Below, piece by piece: positions 8,372 through 17,059 of a stretch of 24,000 nt of DNA. The DNA comes from Candidatus Latescibacterota bacterium (GTDB lineage Bacteria > Latescibacterota > UBA2968): contig JAJDYX010000056.1 of assembly GCA_022824945.1 (NCBI GenBank), forward strand, positions 165,241-189,240, read 5' to 3'. Below the pieces are notes generated by a model. That model ran no database searches. It was not told the origin of the DNA and saw only the letters and a list, made by a program, of their open reading frames with translations. The number at the start of each line of letters is the position of its first letter. Positions within the stretch are counted from its first letter, which is position 1. A program made the position numbers and the translations under genes.

Positions 8372-9697
8372 CTACAGCCCAAGCGATTCAAACACCTGCG
8401 CTGCCAATCTCAACGCCTCATTGCGCCGCGTCACACGCCCTTCTAACTGGGCATCTTCAACAGCCCGCAACACCTCCTTAAACGCGGGACCTGGTTTTTG
8501 TCCCATCGCAATCAAATCGCGTCCATTAATCAGCGGAACAGGTCTGATTTGTTCCGGCTCCAGATTCTCCAGCGCAGCCTTACAAAACGCATAATTGTCC
8601 AACTCGCCATGGCTCGACAAACAATCGATCCGATGCAACATCAGGTGATCTTCAAACCGATCTGTACGCAAAAAGCGCTTCAATGTACTCGATCGCATCT
8701 CCTGTACATGCATAAATTTGTGATGATCTGCCACCAATGCCACAATATGCTTTGTCTGTTCCGACGAGAAACGCAACCTTCTGCAAATCTCCTCGGCCAT
8801 CTCGCGCCCAACCTTTGTATGGTTGTGAAACCGAATGCGATCCCGCACCTGATAGGTAGGAGGCTTACCCACATCGTGCAACAAAACGCCCATCGCCAAT
8901 TCTACAGAGGGATTGCGCATCAAACCCAGCATAATCAGCGTATGGGTCAGCACATCGCCTTCGGGATGAAACTGAGGTGGCTGGGGCACACCATCCATCG
9001 CAACAACTTCGGGCATAAAAACCGCCATCAACCCCAGATCGATCAGCCAGCGCACCCCCAAAGGCGCGCCCCCCTCGGTCAAAATTTTGCCGACTTCATC
9101 GCGAATGCGCTCGTGACTTATGAACTCGATACTCGCGCTCAATTTTTCAATAGCCTCTCGCGTCTTCTCCTCAATGGGCCAGTGATACCGACACGCAAAG
9201 CGAATCGCGCGCAACATACGCAATCGATCCTCGCTAAATCGGTCGTGTGGATCGCCAATCGTGCGTATCACCTTCTTTTTTAAATCCGCCTGCCCGCCCA
9301 CATAGTCGAACACGGCATCGGCCACGGGATCGTAAAACATCCCATTAATAGTAAAATCGCGCCTCCTCGCGTCCTCTTCTTCATCCACAAACACCACACC
9401 ATCGGGATGCCGACCATCGGAATACGCCAAATCGCGGCGAAAACGCGCCACCTCATAATGATAATCATCCAACCGCACAATCACCACTCCAAAATGTGCC
9501 CCAACCACCTGTGCATGCGGAAAAATGCCGATCACCTGTTGGAGATCGGCATTTGTGGCAATATCGTAATCGCGGGGCACCTGCCCCATCAATATGTCGC
9601 GCACGCATCCACCAGCCCACAAAGCGCGAAAACCCCGCGCCTGCAAACGACGCACAACTTCCAGCGCGCCCGTGCGTGCATCCTGATCATTCGTCAC
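8372..9697 (-). CDS. cca: CCA-adding tRNA nucleotidyltransferase / poly(A) polymerase family protein with HD domain
   Basis: N-terminal LWAGGCVRDILMG..PRDYDIAT (Pol-beta NTase head), RDFTINGMFYD, and an HD-domain region (LLHDVGKP, VADHHKFMH). The GTG start has GAGAGGTGA upstream. It starts 23 nt after the murA stop. Confidence 0.85.
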   Translation of the reverse strand: MTNDQDARTGALEVVRRLQARGFRALWAGGCVRDILMGQVPRDYDIATNADLQQVIGIFPHAQVVGAHFGVVIVRLDDYHYEVARFRRDLAYSDGRHPDGVVFVDEEEDARRRDFTINGMFYDPVADAVFDYVGGQADLKKKVIRTIGDPHDRFSEDRLRMLRAIRFACRYHWPIEEKTREAIEKLSASIEFISHERIRDEVGKILTEGGAPLGVRWLIDLGLMAVFMPEVVAMDGVPQPPQFHPEGDVLTHTLIMLGLMRNPSVELAMGVLLHDVGKPPTYQVRDRIRFHNHTKVGREMAEEICRRLRFSSEQTKHIVALVADHHKFMHVQEMRSSTLKRFLRTDRFEDHLMLHRIDCLSSHGELDNYAFCKAALENLEPEQIRPVPLINGRDLIAMGQKPGPAFKEVLRAVEDAQLEGRVTRRNEALRLAAQVFESLGL

Positions 9698-9720
9698 ATC
9701 AAATCACCTCTCACCTATCA

Positions 9721-11010
9721 TTACTCCTCCACTGTCACCCGCTGAATGCGCGCACCCAAACTGCGCAAGCGCGTATCAATTTGTTCGTATCCGCGATCAA
9801 TCTGTTCGATATTTCTAATCACACTTTGCCCCTCGGCACACAAAGCTGCAATAATCAGCGCCATACCCGCCCGGATATCCGGACTCGTCAAATGTTCGCC
9901 GTAAAGTTTTGACGGGCCCACCACCACCGCGCGATGCGGGTCACAAATAACGATCTTCGCGCCCATATCAATGAGACGGTCCAACCAGTACATGCGCTGC
10001 TCAAACATCTTTTCAAAAAACAGCACCGTACCTCGTGCCTGCGTCGCCAACACAATCGCAATACTCATCAAATCGGGAGGAAAACCCGGCCACGGATCAT
10101 TGTCAATGCGCGGAATCGCATCGCCCATATCCGGCATAATCTCCAGCTTTTGAAAAGGCGGCACCACAATATCCTGTCCATCGACCTCAACGTCCAGCCC
10201 CAATCGTCGAAACACCATCAAACTCTTGCGCATATTTTTGGGCGCAGCATTGACAATGCGAATCTCGCTATTGGTCGCCCCGGCCAACCCAATAAAACTG
10301 CCGACCTCCATATAATCTGGACCTATTGTATGCGTCGTTCCACTGAGATTTGACACGCCATCAATAACCAGTTCATTGGTCCCAATACCCGAAATTTGGG
10401 CACCCATCCTGTTCAGCATCAAACACAATTCCTGTACATGAGGCTCTGAAGCCACATTGCTCAAAATAGTCGTACCCCGCGCAAGAACCGCTGCCATTAC
10501 GGCATTTTCAGTGCCAGTTACACTGCGCTCATCTAAAAAAATGTCCGCCCCCACAAGCCCTCTGGGTGCCTTAAAATCGTAAATGTGATTGGTATGGATC
10601 CGCACACCGAGTTCTTCCAGCGCAATCAAATGTGTATCGACTCGCCGCCGACCAATGCGGTCGCCCCCGGGTCGCGGAATCGTCGCCTGTCCAAAACGCC
10701 CCAACAACGGACCTGCAAACATAAAACTACCGCGCACTTTTCGGCACAAATCCGCCCGCAACACAGACTTGCGGACACCCCGTGTACAAATAGTCAGTTC
10801 GTGATCACCTGAGTAGTGAACCTCTGCTCCCAGATCGCGCAGAATTTCAATAATAACAGCGATATCACCAATACCGGGCACATTTTTCAGCACCACAGGT
10901 TCGTCTGTCAACAAAGTCGCCGCCAAAAGAGGTTGCGCCGCATTCTTATTCCCAGCCGGAACAACAATTCCAGATAGAGCATGCCCACCTTCGATAACAA
11001 ATTGTTCCAT
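9721..11010 (-). CDS. murA: UDP-N-acetylglucosamine 1-carboxyvinyltransferase
   Basis: [45 protein letters not shown] is a classic MurA N-terminus, and [15 protein letters not shown] and the C-terminal IEQIDRGYE are also present. The listed start (11028) is a TTG. The ATG at 11010 has a GGAGA RBS 8 nt upstream and matches the canonical N-terminus. Confidence 0.93.
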   Translation of the reverse strand: MEQFVIEGGHALSGIVVPAGNKNAAQPLLAATLLTDEPVVLKNVPGIGDIAVIIEILRDLGAEVHYSGDHELTICTRGVRKSVLRADLCRKVRGSFMFAGPLLGRFGQATIPRPGGDRIGRRRVDTHLIALEELGVRIHTNHIYDFKAPRGLVGADIFLDERSVTGTENAVMAAVLARGTTILSNVASEPHVQELCLMLNRMGAQISGIGTNELVIDGVSNLSGTTHTIGPDYMEVGSFIGLAGATNSEIRIVNAAPKNMRKSLMVFRRLGLDVEVDGQDIVVPPFQKLEIMPDMGDAIPRIDNDPWPGFPPDLMSIAIVLATQARGTVLFFEKMFEQRMYWLDRLIDMGAKIVICDPHRAVVVGPSKLYGEHLTSPDIRAGMALIIAALCAEGQSVIRNIEQIDRGYEQIDTRLRSLGARIQRVTVEE

Positions 11011-11070
11011 AAAAACGTCTCCAATCAATCAAACAGAGGAGATAAAATAAATAGCTTCGTGGTCATACTT

Positions 11071-11099
11071 ATCATAGTACAGATATAGAAATATTTCAA
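11071..11099 (-). promoter_or_regulatory. Candidate sigma70-type promoter for murA-cca
   Basis: On the minus strand: TTGAAA (11099-11094), a 17-nt spacer, then TATGAT (11076-11071). It lies about 60 nt upstream of the murA ATG in an AT-rich spacer. Confidence 0.4.
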
Positions 11100-11204
11100 G
11101 AGTAAAAAGGTAGAATCAGGATTTTCTGGATGAAAGGATAAACAGGATGAAAATCAAAGGCAAAACCTTCTGGGATTACTGACATTGTCCGTGCTTCACA
11201 CTTC

Positions 11205-12260
11205 CTACTTCACACCCCTCTCCATCTCCCAATACAACTGTCCACACCCAGCCGCAATATCATCGCCCTTGCTATAGCGAACAGTCGCCGTCAATTTTGC
11301 CTGAGACAAAATATCGACAAATCGATCAATTGCTTTCTGAGGGGGGCGTTCATAGCGCGCATCGTCAATGGGATTCCACGGAATCACATTAATTTTACAT
11401 GGAATATCCCGCACGAGGTCAACCAGCCTGTGTGCATCTTCGACAGTATCATTAAACCCGTGCAACAACACATATTCAAATGTCACCCACCGTCTGACCT
11501 GATCGTAATAGGCTCGCACTGCGGACAGAAGTTCTGCAATAGGCCACTTGCGATTAATCGGCATAATTTCTGACCGCTGTTCATCTGTCGTCGCATTGAG
11601 CGACACAGCCAATCCAATTTTGAGTTTTTCTCGCGCCAGCTTTGCAATACCCGGCACATGACCGACCGTTGACAACGTAATGCGACGTATGCCCACAGCC
11701 GCGCCATAATCCAGGTTGATCAATCGAATAGCCCGAATCACCTGATCGAAATTCAGCAGGGGTTCTCCCATCCCCATCATCACCACATGCGTCAACTCAT
11801 CGCCCTCCGCGCGCAAAAACCGCTGTGCATACAACACCTGCTCAACAATCTCAGCTACCGTCAAATTGCGAATCAACCCCATGCGCGCGGTCGCACAAAA
11901 CTGACAATCGAGCGGACACCCCACCTGCGACGATACACACAGCGTGCGGCGCTTGCCGTCCCACATCAAAACACTTTCGATGAGCCGTTTATCGGGCAAC
12001 TCAAACAAAAACTTTACCGTATCTGTTGACAAAGACCTCAATTCACTAACGCAATTTAATCTCAAAAGCGTAAATCGCTCATCAAACCGCGCTCGCACGG
12101 TCTTAGACAAATTCGTCATCGACTCAAAATCCGTGACGCCCTTATTGTAGAGCCAGTCAATCAACTGCCGGGTTCTGTACCGCTCCAGGCCCATATCGGA
12201 CACATGCTGTGCCAATTCTTCGGGAAACAAGCCTTTGAGTTCAATTTTCTCAGCATTCAT
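11205..12260 (-). CDS. rlmN: 23S rRNA/tRNA (adenine-C2)-methyltransferase, radical SAM
   Basis: 351 aa with the radical-SAM cluster motif GCPLDCQFCATARMG, then MGMGEPLLNF and a C-terminal DIAAGCGQL. The overall order is typical of RlmN/Cfr-family enzymes. Confidence 0.93.
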   Translation of the reverse strand: MNAEKIELKGLFPEELAQHVSDMGLERYRTRQLIDWLYNKGVTDFESMTNLSKTVRARFDERFTLLRLNCVSELRSLSTDTVKFLFELPDKRLIESVLMWDGKRRTLCVSSQVGCPLDCQFCATARMGLIRNLTVAEIVEQVLYAQRFLRAEGDELTHVVMMGMGEPLLNFDQVIRAIRLINLDYGAAVGIRRITLSTVGHVPGIAKLAREKLKIGLAVSLNATTDEQRSEIMPINRKWPIAELLSAVRAYYDQVRRWVTFEYVLLHGFNDTVEDAHRLVDLVRDIPCKINVIPWNPIDDARYERPPQKAIDRFVDILSQAKLTATVRYSKGDDIAAGCGQLYWEMERGVK

Positions 12261-12273
12261 TGTATAACCTCAC

Positions 12274-12357
12274 AGCGGTCAGTTGTCTATTTTCTGTTGT
12301 CTGTCCGTCCAGCCCTATTTTTTATCTGCGTTCATCTGCGTCATCTGCGGATCACAC
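12274..12357. repeat. Dispersed intergenic element, copy 2 (84 nt)
   Basis: It has the same conserved blocks as 7646-7709, in the same orientation relative to the adjacent minus-strand start codon (13 nt from the rlmN ATG). It carries three ATCTGCG-containing units (12322-12349: TTATCTGCG, TTCATCTGCG, TCATCTGCG) against two in copy 1, and a longer heptamer-like tract (CAGTTGT CTATTTT CTGTTGT CTGTCCG). Confidence 0.85.
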
Positions 12358-12418
12358 TTCAATTTACCCAGCTATACTGATCACGTCAAGGTCACAGCGC
12401 ACATATTACAACATATAG

Positions 12419-12480
12419 CAGACACAATTTTACGACCCCTATATAATGCGGTTGACGTAAATAGCGAGATGGTTTATTGT
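12419..12480 (+). promoter_or_regulatory. Two candidate sigma70-type promoters upstream of the M23 peptidase gene
   Basis: First candidate: cAGACA (12419-12424), 17 nt, TATAAT (12442-12447). Second candidate: TTGACG (12452-12457), 17 nt, TATTGT (12475-12480). I cannot choose between them from sequence alone. Confidence 0.3.
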
Positions 12481-12536
12481 TGTGTCGCATATTTTAGTCA
12501 GCAATAATTGAGAACGTTTACCAGGGTCCCTCCCCC

Positions 12537-13910
12537 ATGCCAGTTCGCGCTTATAAAGGTCAGCCCAAATCCCCCCAGCCACGCCGATGGGTCTTCTTCT
12601 GCTTACTGATATCCGTCAGTATGCTCTTTGGCCTTGGCAAAGAACCAGCAAAAGATGAACCCACCGCAAAAATGACTGAAGAAAGTCCCGTAGAATCAGA
12701 CCCGGTTGAAGCAGATCTCATCCTCCCACTTACCCCTCCAAAACCCAAAACTACCAGAGTTGTGGGATATATTGCAAATAAAGAAAATCTCACCGAAGCT
12801 CTCACGAGCGAAGGTATTTCACGCATCGATGTTCTCGCGCTCATCGATGTGCTACACAGAGATATTAAACGCGCGTCATTCAATCCCAATATTGTTCGGC
12901 GTGGGGATCGCTATGAACTGGAGATCGACAGCCATTCAACCATTCAGCACCTCAAATACACCAAACAGAACGACCACGAAACGCAATTTATTGTCGAACG
13001 AATAAATGGCCAACTCAAAGCCAGGCAAGAAAACCTGCCATTGAAGCGCGAGGCCATTATCGTATCTGGCCGCATAAAAGATAACATCTGGAACGCGCTT
13101 CGTGAAACCGGTGAAAACCCGGCTTTTCTGTGCGACAAACTCGAATACGTATTTGAATATTATATCGACTTTTACAACGATTGCAGAACAGGCGACCAAT
13201 TTACTTTTGCCGTTGAAAAGCTCTACAACAAATCCGGTGCCTTTGTTCGTTATGGCGAGATTCTTACAGCCCAATACGAAGGGGATAATGAATCTTTTCA
13301 AGCATTTCTCTATGTTGATCCCAGTGGCGAAGACCGTTATTACGACTCTAAAGGCCGCTCACTCCAGGGTCTTTTCTTGCGCAAACCCCTGAACTTTACC
13401 CGCATCAGTTCCCCATTTACCAGCCGTAGATTTCATCCCATACTCAGAAGATACACTGCCCATCACGGCGTGGATTATGCCGCTCCCTATGGCACAAAAG
13501 TCTGGGCTATTGCCAATGGCACAGTCGCTTTTGTCGGACGCAAAGGTCCGCTTGGCAACTATATTGAAATCGAACACAGCAATGGTTACAAAACCGGCTA
13601 TGGTCATCTGAGGGGATTTGCGCGGGGTCTGAAAAAAGGACAGCGCGTCAGCCAAAAACAAACCATCGGTTATGTCGGCTCGACCGGACGCTCTACAGGC
13701 CCACACCTGCACTTCAACTTTTACGCCACAATAAATGGCAAATACAAACTGATCAACCCAACGCGAAAAATCAATCGCCCCGCGGGCCAACCCATCCCCG
13801 AAAAATACATGGCGTATTTTCGCCAGCAACGCGACCAGTATCTCGCACTCTTAGATCGCAAAAACGGTTCAATCGTCACAACCGCATTGCCGATAGGGGT
13901 AGCAGAGTAA
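12537..13910 (+). CDS. M23 family metallopeptidase (peptidoglycan DD-endopeptidase-like) with N-terminal membrane anchor
   Basis: The C-terminal LytM/M23 domain carries HHGVDYAAPYGTKVWAIANGTV, GYGHL and GSTGRSTGPHLHF. The N-terminal TM segment is WVFFCLLISVSMLFGL. Confidence 0.88.
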   Translation: MPVRAYKGQPKSPQPRRWVFFCLLISVSMLFGLGKEPAKDEPTAKMTEESPVESDPVEADLILPLTPPKPKTTRVVGYIANKENLTEALTSEGISRIDVLALIDVLHRDIKRASFNPNIVRRGDRYELEIDSHSTIQHLKYTKQNDHETQFIVERINGQLKARQENLPLKREAIIVSGRIKDNIWNALRETGENPAFLCDKLEYVFEYYIDFYNDCRTGDQFTFAVEKLYNKSGAFVRYGEILTAQYEGDNESFQAFLYVDPSGEDRYYDSKGRSLQGLFLRKPLNFTRISSPFTSRRFHPILRRYTAHHGVDYAAPYGTKVWAIANGTVAFVGRKGPLGNYIEIEHSNGYKTGYGHLRGFARGLKKGQRVSQKQTIGYVGSTGRSTGPHLHFNFYATINGKYKLINPTRKINRPAGQPIPEKYMAYFRQQRDQYLALLDRKNGSIVTTALPIGVAE

Positions 13911-13954
13911 ATACCAGACACTTTTCTCGCCTCCCCGGATAAACAAATATTATA

Positions 13955-13981
13955 ACCGTGAACATTCACGGTATTTTTTTT
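13955..13981 (+). terminator. Rho-independent terminator after the M23 peptidase gene
   Basis: ACCGTG(aa ca tt)CACGGT hairpin (13955-13972), followed by A and T8 (13973-13981). It lies 45 nt after the stop. Confidence 0.7.
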
Positions 13982-13992
13982 CGAGTTATCTC

Positions 13993-15144
13993 ATGAAAGT
14001 CGCCTATTTCGACTGCTTCGCTGGCATCAGCGGCGACATGACCCTCGGCGCACTCGTCGATGCGGGCCTGTCTTTTGCCGCCCTTGAATCCGAACTCGAC
14101 AAACTCAGCGTGCGCGAATTCACCCTCTCCCAGCGTCGCGTGGAAAAACACGGCATTGCCGGCACAAAAATAGACGTCAACGCTCGGGAAGGTCACGTCC
14201 ACCGACACTTAAAAGACGTACTTGAAATCATCAACAGCAGCGCGATATCGGCCTCTGCAAAAGAAAAAGCCGCGCGCGTCTTTCAAAAACTCGCCGAAGC
14301 CGAAGCAAAAATTCACGGCACCACCATTGAAGCGGTCCACTTCCACGAAGTGGGCGCAGTAGATGCCATCGTCGATGTCGTCGGCGCTATCATCGGCCTC
14401 GAATTCCTCGAAATCGAAGCGATCTACGCCTCCAAATTCCGATTCGGCTCGGGCCACACGCGGGGCGCACACGGAGCAATGCCCGTCCCTGTTCCCGCAG
14501 TCGTAGAAATGACAAAAGGCTTTCCAGCCGAACGCACAGATATCCCGTATGAACTCGTCACCCCCACTGGTGCGGCCCTCCTCACGGCACTCGCCTCTAA
14601 TATTGGCGAAACCATTCAGCTACGTACAGAAAGCACGGGTTATGGCGCAGGCACGCGCGACGTCGAACAGGTACCCAACCTCCTCCGCGTTGAAATCGGC
14701 GAACTCGTCGCAGACCCCCGGACCGATACCCTCGTTCTACTCGAAACAAATATCGACGACATGACCCCTGAAATTTACGGGTACCTCATCGACCGCCTGC
14801 TCGAAGCCGGAGCTCGCGACGCCTTCCTCACCCCCGTCATCATGAAAAAAGGCCGCCCAGGCATTCAACTCACTGTCCTGGCCGACCCCAACAAAGAAAC
14901 CGAACTCACCGAACTCATCTTCTCAGAAACCACCACCCTCGGCATTCGTCGCCTGCCCGTACAGCGCCACATCCTCGAACGCCGCACAGACACCGTCCAA
15001 ACCCCTTATGGTCCCATCCGCGTCAAAATTGCCGACATTGGCGGCAAACAACGCATCACCCCCGAATACGACGACTGCGCCCGCATTGCACGCGAAAAAC
15101 AGGTGCCGATACTCGACGTTTACAAATCTGTAAATTCACTATAG
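13993..15144 (+). CDS. larC: Nickel-pincer cofactor biosynthesis protein LarC (DUF111 / pyridinium-3,5-bisthiocarboxylate mononucleotide nickel insertase)
   Basis: MKVAYFDCFAGISGDMTLGALVDAGL is the hallmark LarC/UPF0272 N-terminus, and HFHEVGAVDAIVDVVG and TPTGAALL are also present. The length (383 aa) is typical. Confidence 0.9.
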   Translation: MKVAYFDCFAGISGDMTLGALVDAGLSFAALESELDKLSVREFTLSQRRVEKHGIAGTKIDVNAREGHVHRHLKDVLEIINSSAISASAKEKAARVFQKLAEAEAKIHGTTIEAVHFHEVGAVDAIVDVVGAIIGLEFLEIEAIYASKFRFGSGHTRGAHGAMPVPVPAVVEMTKGFPAERTDIPYELVTPTGAALLTALASNIGETIQLRTESTGYGAGTRDVEQVPNLLRVEIGELVADPRTDTLVLLETNIDDMTPEIYGYLIDRLLEAGARDAFLTPVIMKKGRPGIQLTVLADPNKETELTELIFSETTTLGIRRLPVQRHILERRTDTVQTPYGPIRVKIADIGGKQRITPEYDDCARIAREKQVPILDVYKSVNSL

Positions 15145-15316
15145 CTAACCCCTCCCCCGGCCTCTCCCCGTACAGGGAAGGGGAGAATATGTCTCCCCTT
15201 CCTCGTATTTATGCCTCGCGTCCCTTATCGATCTCTGAGAGATGATCTGCATAACCTCGTGAAAGACCACCATTCAAAGTTAAGCCTAAGATGCGTCTCA
15301 CGGTTTGACTCAATCC

Positions 15317-15613
15317 TCATCCTCGTAGAGCTTCTTCAGCATCCGAAGCGCTTGTCTGTTCTTCGGATTCAGTTCCGATAATCGCCCCCAGCAGGAAATA
15401 TCCAGAATTATTATACCTGTACTTTGAGCCTGGCTCGAATTCCAGATCTCCGCTACAGTATTTTTTGATAAACGCATCAACTTCGTAAGGATCTCGAGAC
15501 ACATCCTCGAAGAATCTGGGCAGACCAGTATAACTCGGAATACCCGATGTGTGTGCCAGCAGATGGTGAACCGTCACCTTCTCGCCAATATCCTCACGGT
15601 AATATGGAGGCAA
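15317..15613 (-). pseudogene. Remnant of a serine hydrolase / beta-lactamase-family (class C / PBP4*-like) gene
   Basis: Only about 80 residues of the family are present: VTVHHLLAHTSGIPSY ... FEPGSKYRYNNSGYFLLGAIIG. There is no N-terminal SxxK region, and upstream in-frame sequence is unrelated. The C-terminal two-thirds is also missing. The listed start is a TTG artefact. Confidence 0.6.
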
Positions 15614-15684
15614 TAGTATGAGTACTGGGAAAGGTGCGGATTGGGTTGATAGGAAACCACAGATGAAAGGGAAGCAACTACAGA

Positions 15685-16053
15685 TCAGCTTTCAAGTTCA
15701 GCAACATTGCGAAAACGATGCCGTCCTGTCTCGACAACGACAAATGCTTCTTTGAGTTCTGATTCAGAGTAAGTTTCTAAAACGCGTTTCAATTCCTCGT
15801 GAACCGCAGATAGATTTGTGGGATTAAGCCGCAGATATATGACCCCTGAGCCTGCACGATAAACAAACACCAGACGACCAAAATCTCGATCTCGGGTTAC
15901 GAGAAGCCTGTCATCATTACGCGCAATACGCAACAACTCGCTATCGTCAGTTTGTGCATGTCCCAATTCACCCGCAGTCACAACATCATGCCTAAGGTCT
16001 TTGAGAAATTGCGCTGTAATCGCATAGACATCGTGATCGAGAAATAACCTCAT
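15685..16053 (-). CDS. DUF5615 / COG4634 PIN-like (Mut7-C-like) putative toxin
   Basis: 122 aa. MRLFLDHDV...DSELLRIARNDDRLLVTRDRDFG fits the DUF5615 PIN-like family that is routinely paired with DUF433. Its ATG overlaps the upstream DUF433 stop (ATGA, 16050-16053). Confidence 0.75.
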   Translation of the reverse strand: MRLFLDHDVYAITAQFLKDLRHDVVTAGELGHAQTDDSELLRIARNDDRLLVTRDRDFGRLVFVYRAGSGVIYLRLNPTNLSAVHEELKRVLETYSESELKEAFVVVETGRHRFRNVAELES

Positions 16054-16295
16054 CTCGCCTCTGAAATATGAATATCTTCGACCTGAACCACGTCAATCGC
16101 ATAATGGATGCAAGCGCGAATGTCGTCTTCTTGAAGGTCGGGAAAATAATCAGAAAGAATCGTCTTAAACGAGATTCCCTCACGCACCAATTCGAGAACA
16201 TCAACTATGGGAATCCGTGTTCCCGCAACACAAGGCTTACCAAAATGAATTTGGGGATCAACCGCAATCCTGCCTCGATAATTTCCATTGTCCAT
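16050..16295 (-). CDS. DUF433 / COG2442 putative antitoxin
   Basis: From the internal ATG at 16295: MDNGNYRGRIAVDPQIHFGKPCVAGTRIPIVDVLELVREGISFKTILSDYFPDLQEDDIRACIHYA, the canonical DUF433 signature (DP.I..GKP.I.GTRI.V). GGAG lies 10 nt upstream. The longer listed ORF (to 16466) adds an implausible hydrophobic extension. Confidence 0.8.
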   Translation of the reverse strand: MDNGNYRGRIAVDPQIHFGKPCVAGTRIPIVDVLELVREGISFKTILSDYFPDLQEDDIRACIHYAIDVVQVEDIHISEAR

Positions 16296-16309
16296 ATCGC
16301 ATAGACTCC

Positions 16310-16337
16310 AATTTAACGATGCACGATGAATAATCAA
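16310..16337 (-). promoter_or_regulatory. Candidate promoter of the DUF433-DUF5615 pair
   Basis: On the minus strand: TTGATT (16337-16332), a 16-nt spacer, TAAATT (16315-16310), then the GGAG RBS and ATG at 16295. Confidence 0.3.
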
Positions 16338-16549
16338 TAACGGCGCGAACGCAATCAGCCCGACGTGCTCGGCATTGAGGAAGCGTTGCCCAGCCAGTTT
16401 ACTCAGGAAAGTACCGCAGAAAAAGAAAAAAGTCAATGCTACAGGAAGTCTTTGCAAGGTAAGCAAATTGACGGAATCTGAGCATCGACTCTACGACCTC
16501 GACGGAGAATTAAAGTCATTTGAGAAGCCAGTAGTGAGGTGCGAGGATC

Positions 16550-17059
16550 CTACAACCGCCGAGATAGTCGCCTTATGCGCTGGCGCGTTTCCTGAGCAGG
16601 AAGGAACACCAGTTCATCTTCAAGAAAAAGCTGTAACGCATTGTGCAGAACCTCGACTGATACGACCCCCTGGGCTTCCATCTCGTCTGTGGCCCAGAGT
16701 ACCCCGTGAACCTCAATTCCTTTTCCCTCTGCTATTCTCCGCAAGAGACTATCGCCCGTCAGCAGGATACAGTCCTGGTTTTGTTCAGCCAGCACCAGCG
16801 CAAAGCAATCATTGAGCGCGAGCCTGGCGTGCTGATTGAAATACTGGGCAGCACGCTGTACGAGCGATCCCGGCAATGTGTGTACTTCAAGCCCCAGATT
16901 GAGCAAGGCCCTTTTTTCGTCCGTACTCAAACCCAGCCATTCATTCTCGAAAAGGGTATCGGGCATCACAAATGAATAGGGGAGTTGCAATATCGCTTCG
17001 AGAAGACCGCCCTTCCTCAGATCGATCATGCAACTCGTATCGCTAACCACTATCCGCAT
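16550..17059 (-). CDS. PIN-domain protein (COG2405/DUF3368-like), putative toxin
   Basis: 169 aa. MRIVVSDTSCMIDL gives the first acidic residue, LNDCFALVLAE the second and ILLTGDSLLRRIAEGKGIEVHGVLW the third, followed by the family-typical GxxVxG. Its ATG overlaps the upstream XRE-ImmA gene by 17 nt. Confidence 0.7.
   Translation of the reverse strand: MRIVVSDTSCMIDLRKGGLLEAILQLPYSFVMPDTLFENEWLGLSTDEKRALLNLGLEVHTLPGSLVQRAAQYFNQHARLALNDCFALVLAEQNQDCILLTGDSLLRRIAEGKGIEVHGVLWATDEMEAQGVVSVEVLHNALQLFLEDELVFLPAQETRQRIRRLSRRL

Noticed and set aside
1-15000. An apparent excess of C over G on the + strand, in genes of both orientations.
   Set aside because: I sampled only a few lines by eye and the counts were inconsistent. 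If the excess is real, it most likely reflects replication-strand skew plus membrane-protein codon content. It needs a computed cumulative GC-skew profile before any claim.
13993-15144. larC without larB, larE or larA neighbours.
   Set aside because: Lar genes are often dispersed, and the window covers only one flank on each side, so this is not evidence of anything unusual.
15163-15198. A TCTCCCC ... GGGGAGA hairpin (7 bp, 10-nt loop) after larC, with a second TCTCCCC copy at 15192-15198 that could form an alternative pairing.
   Set aside because: There is no U-tract and the loop is long. It could be a weak terminator or part of a common GC-rich intergenic repeat type. On its own this is too little evidence to call a feature or a riboregulator.
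16375-16815. A 146-aa + strand ORF spanning the spacer and the 3' end of the PIN gene.
   Set aside because: It is antisense to a well-supported PIN gene over most of its length. It has a Lys/Pro/Arg-rich, low-complexity translation and no RBS. The 254-nt spacer 16296-16549 could hold a decayed gene, but I could not recognise one.
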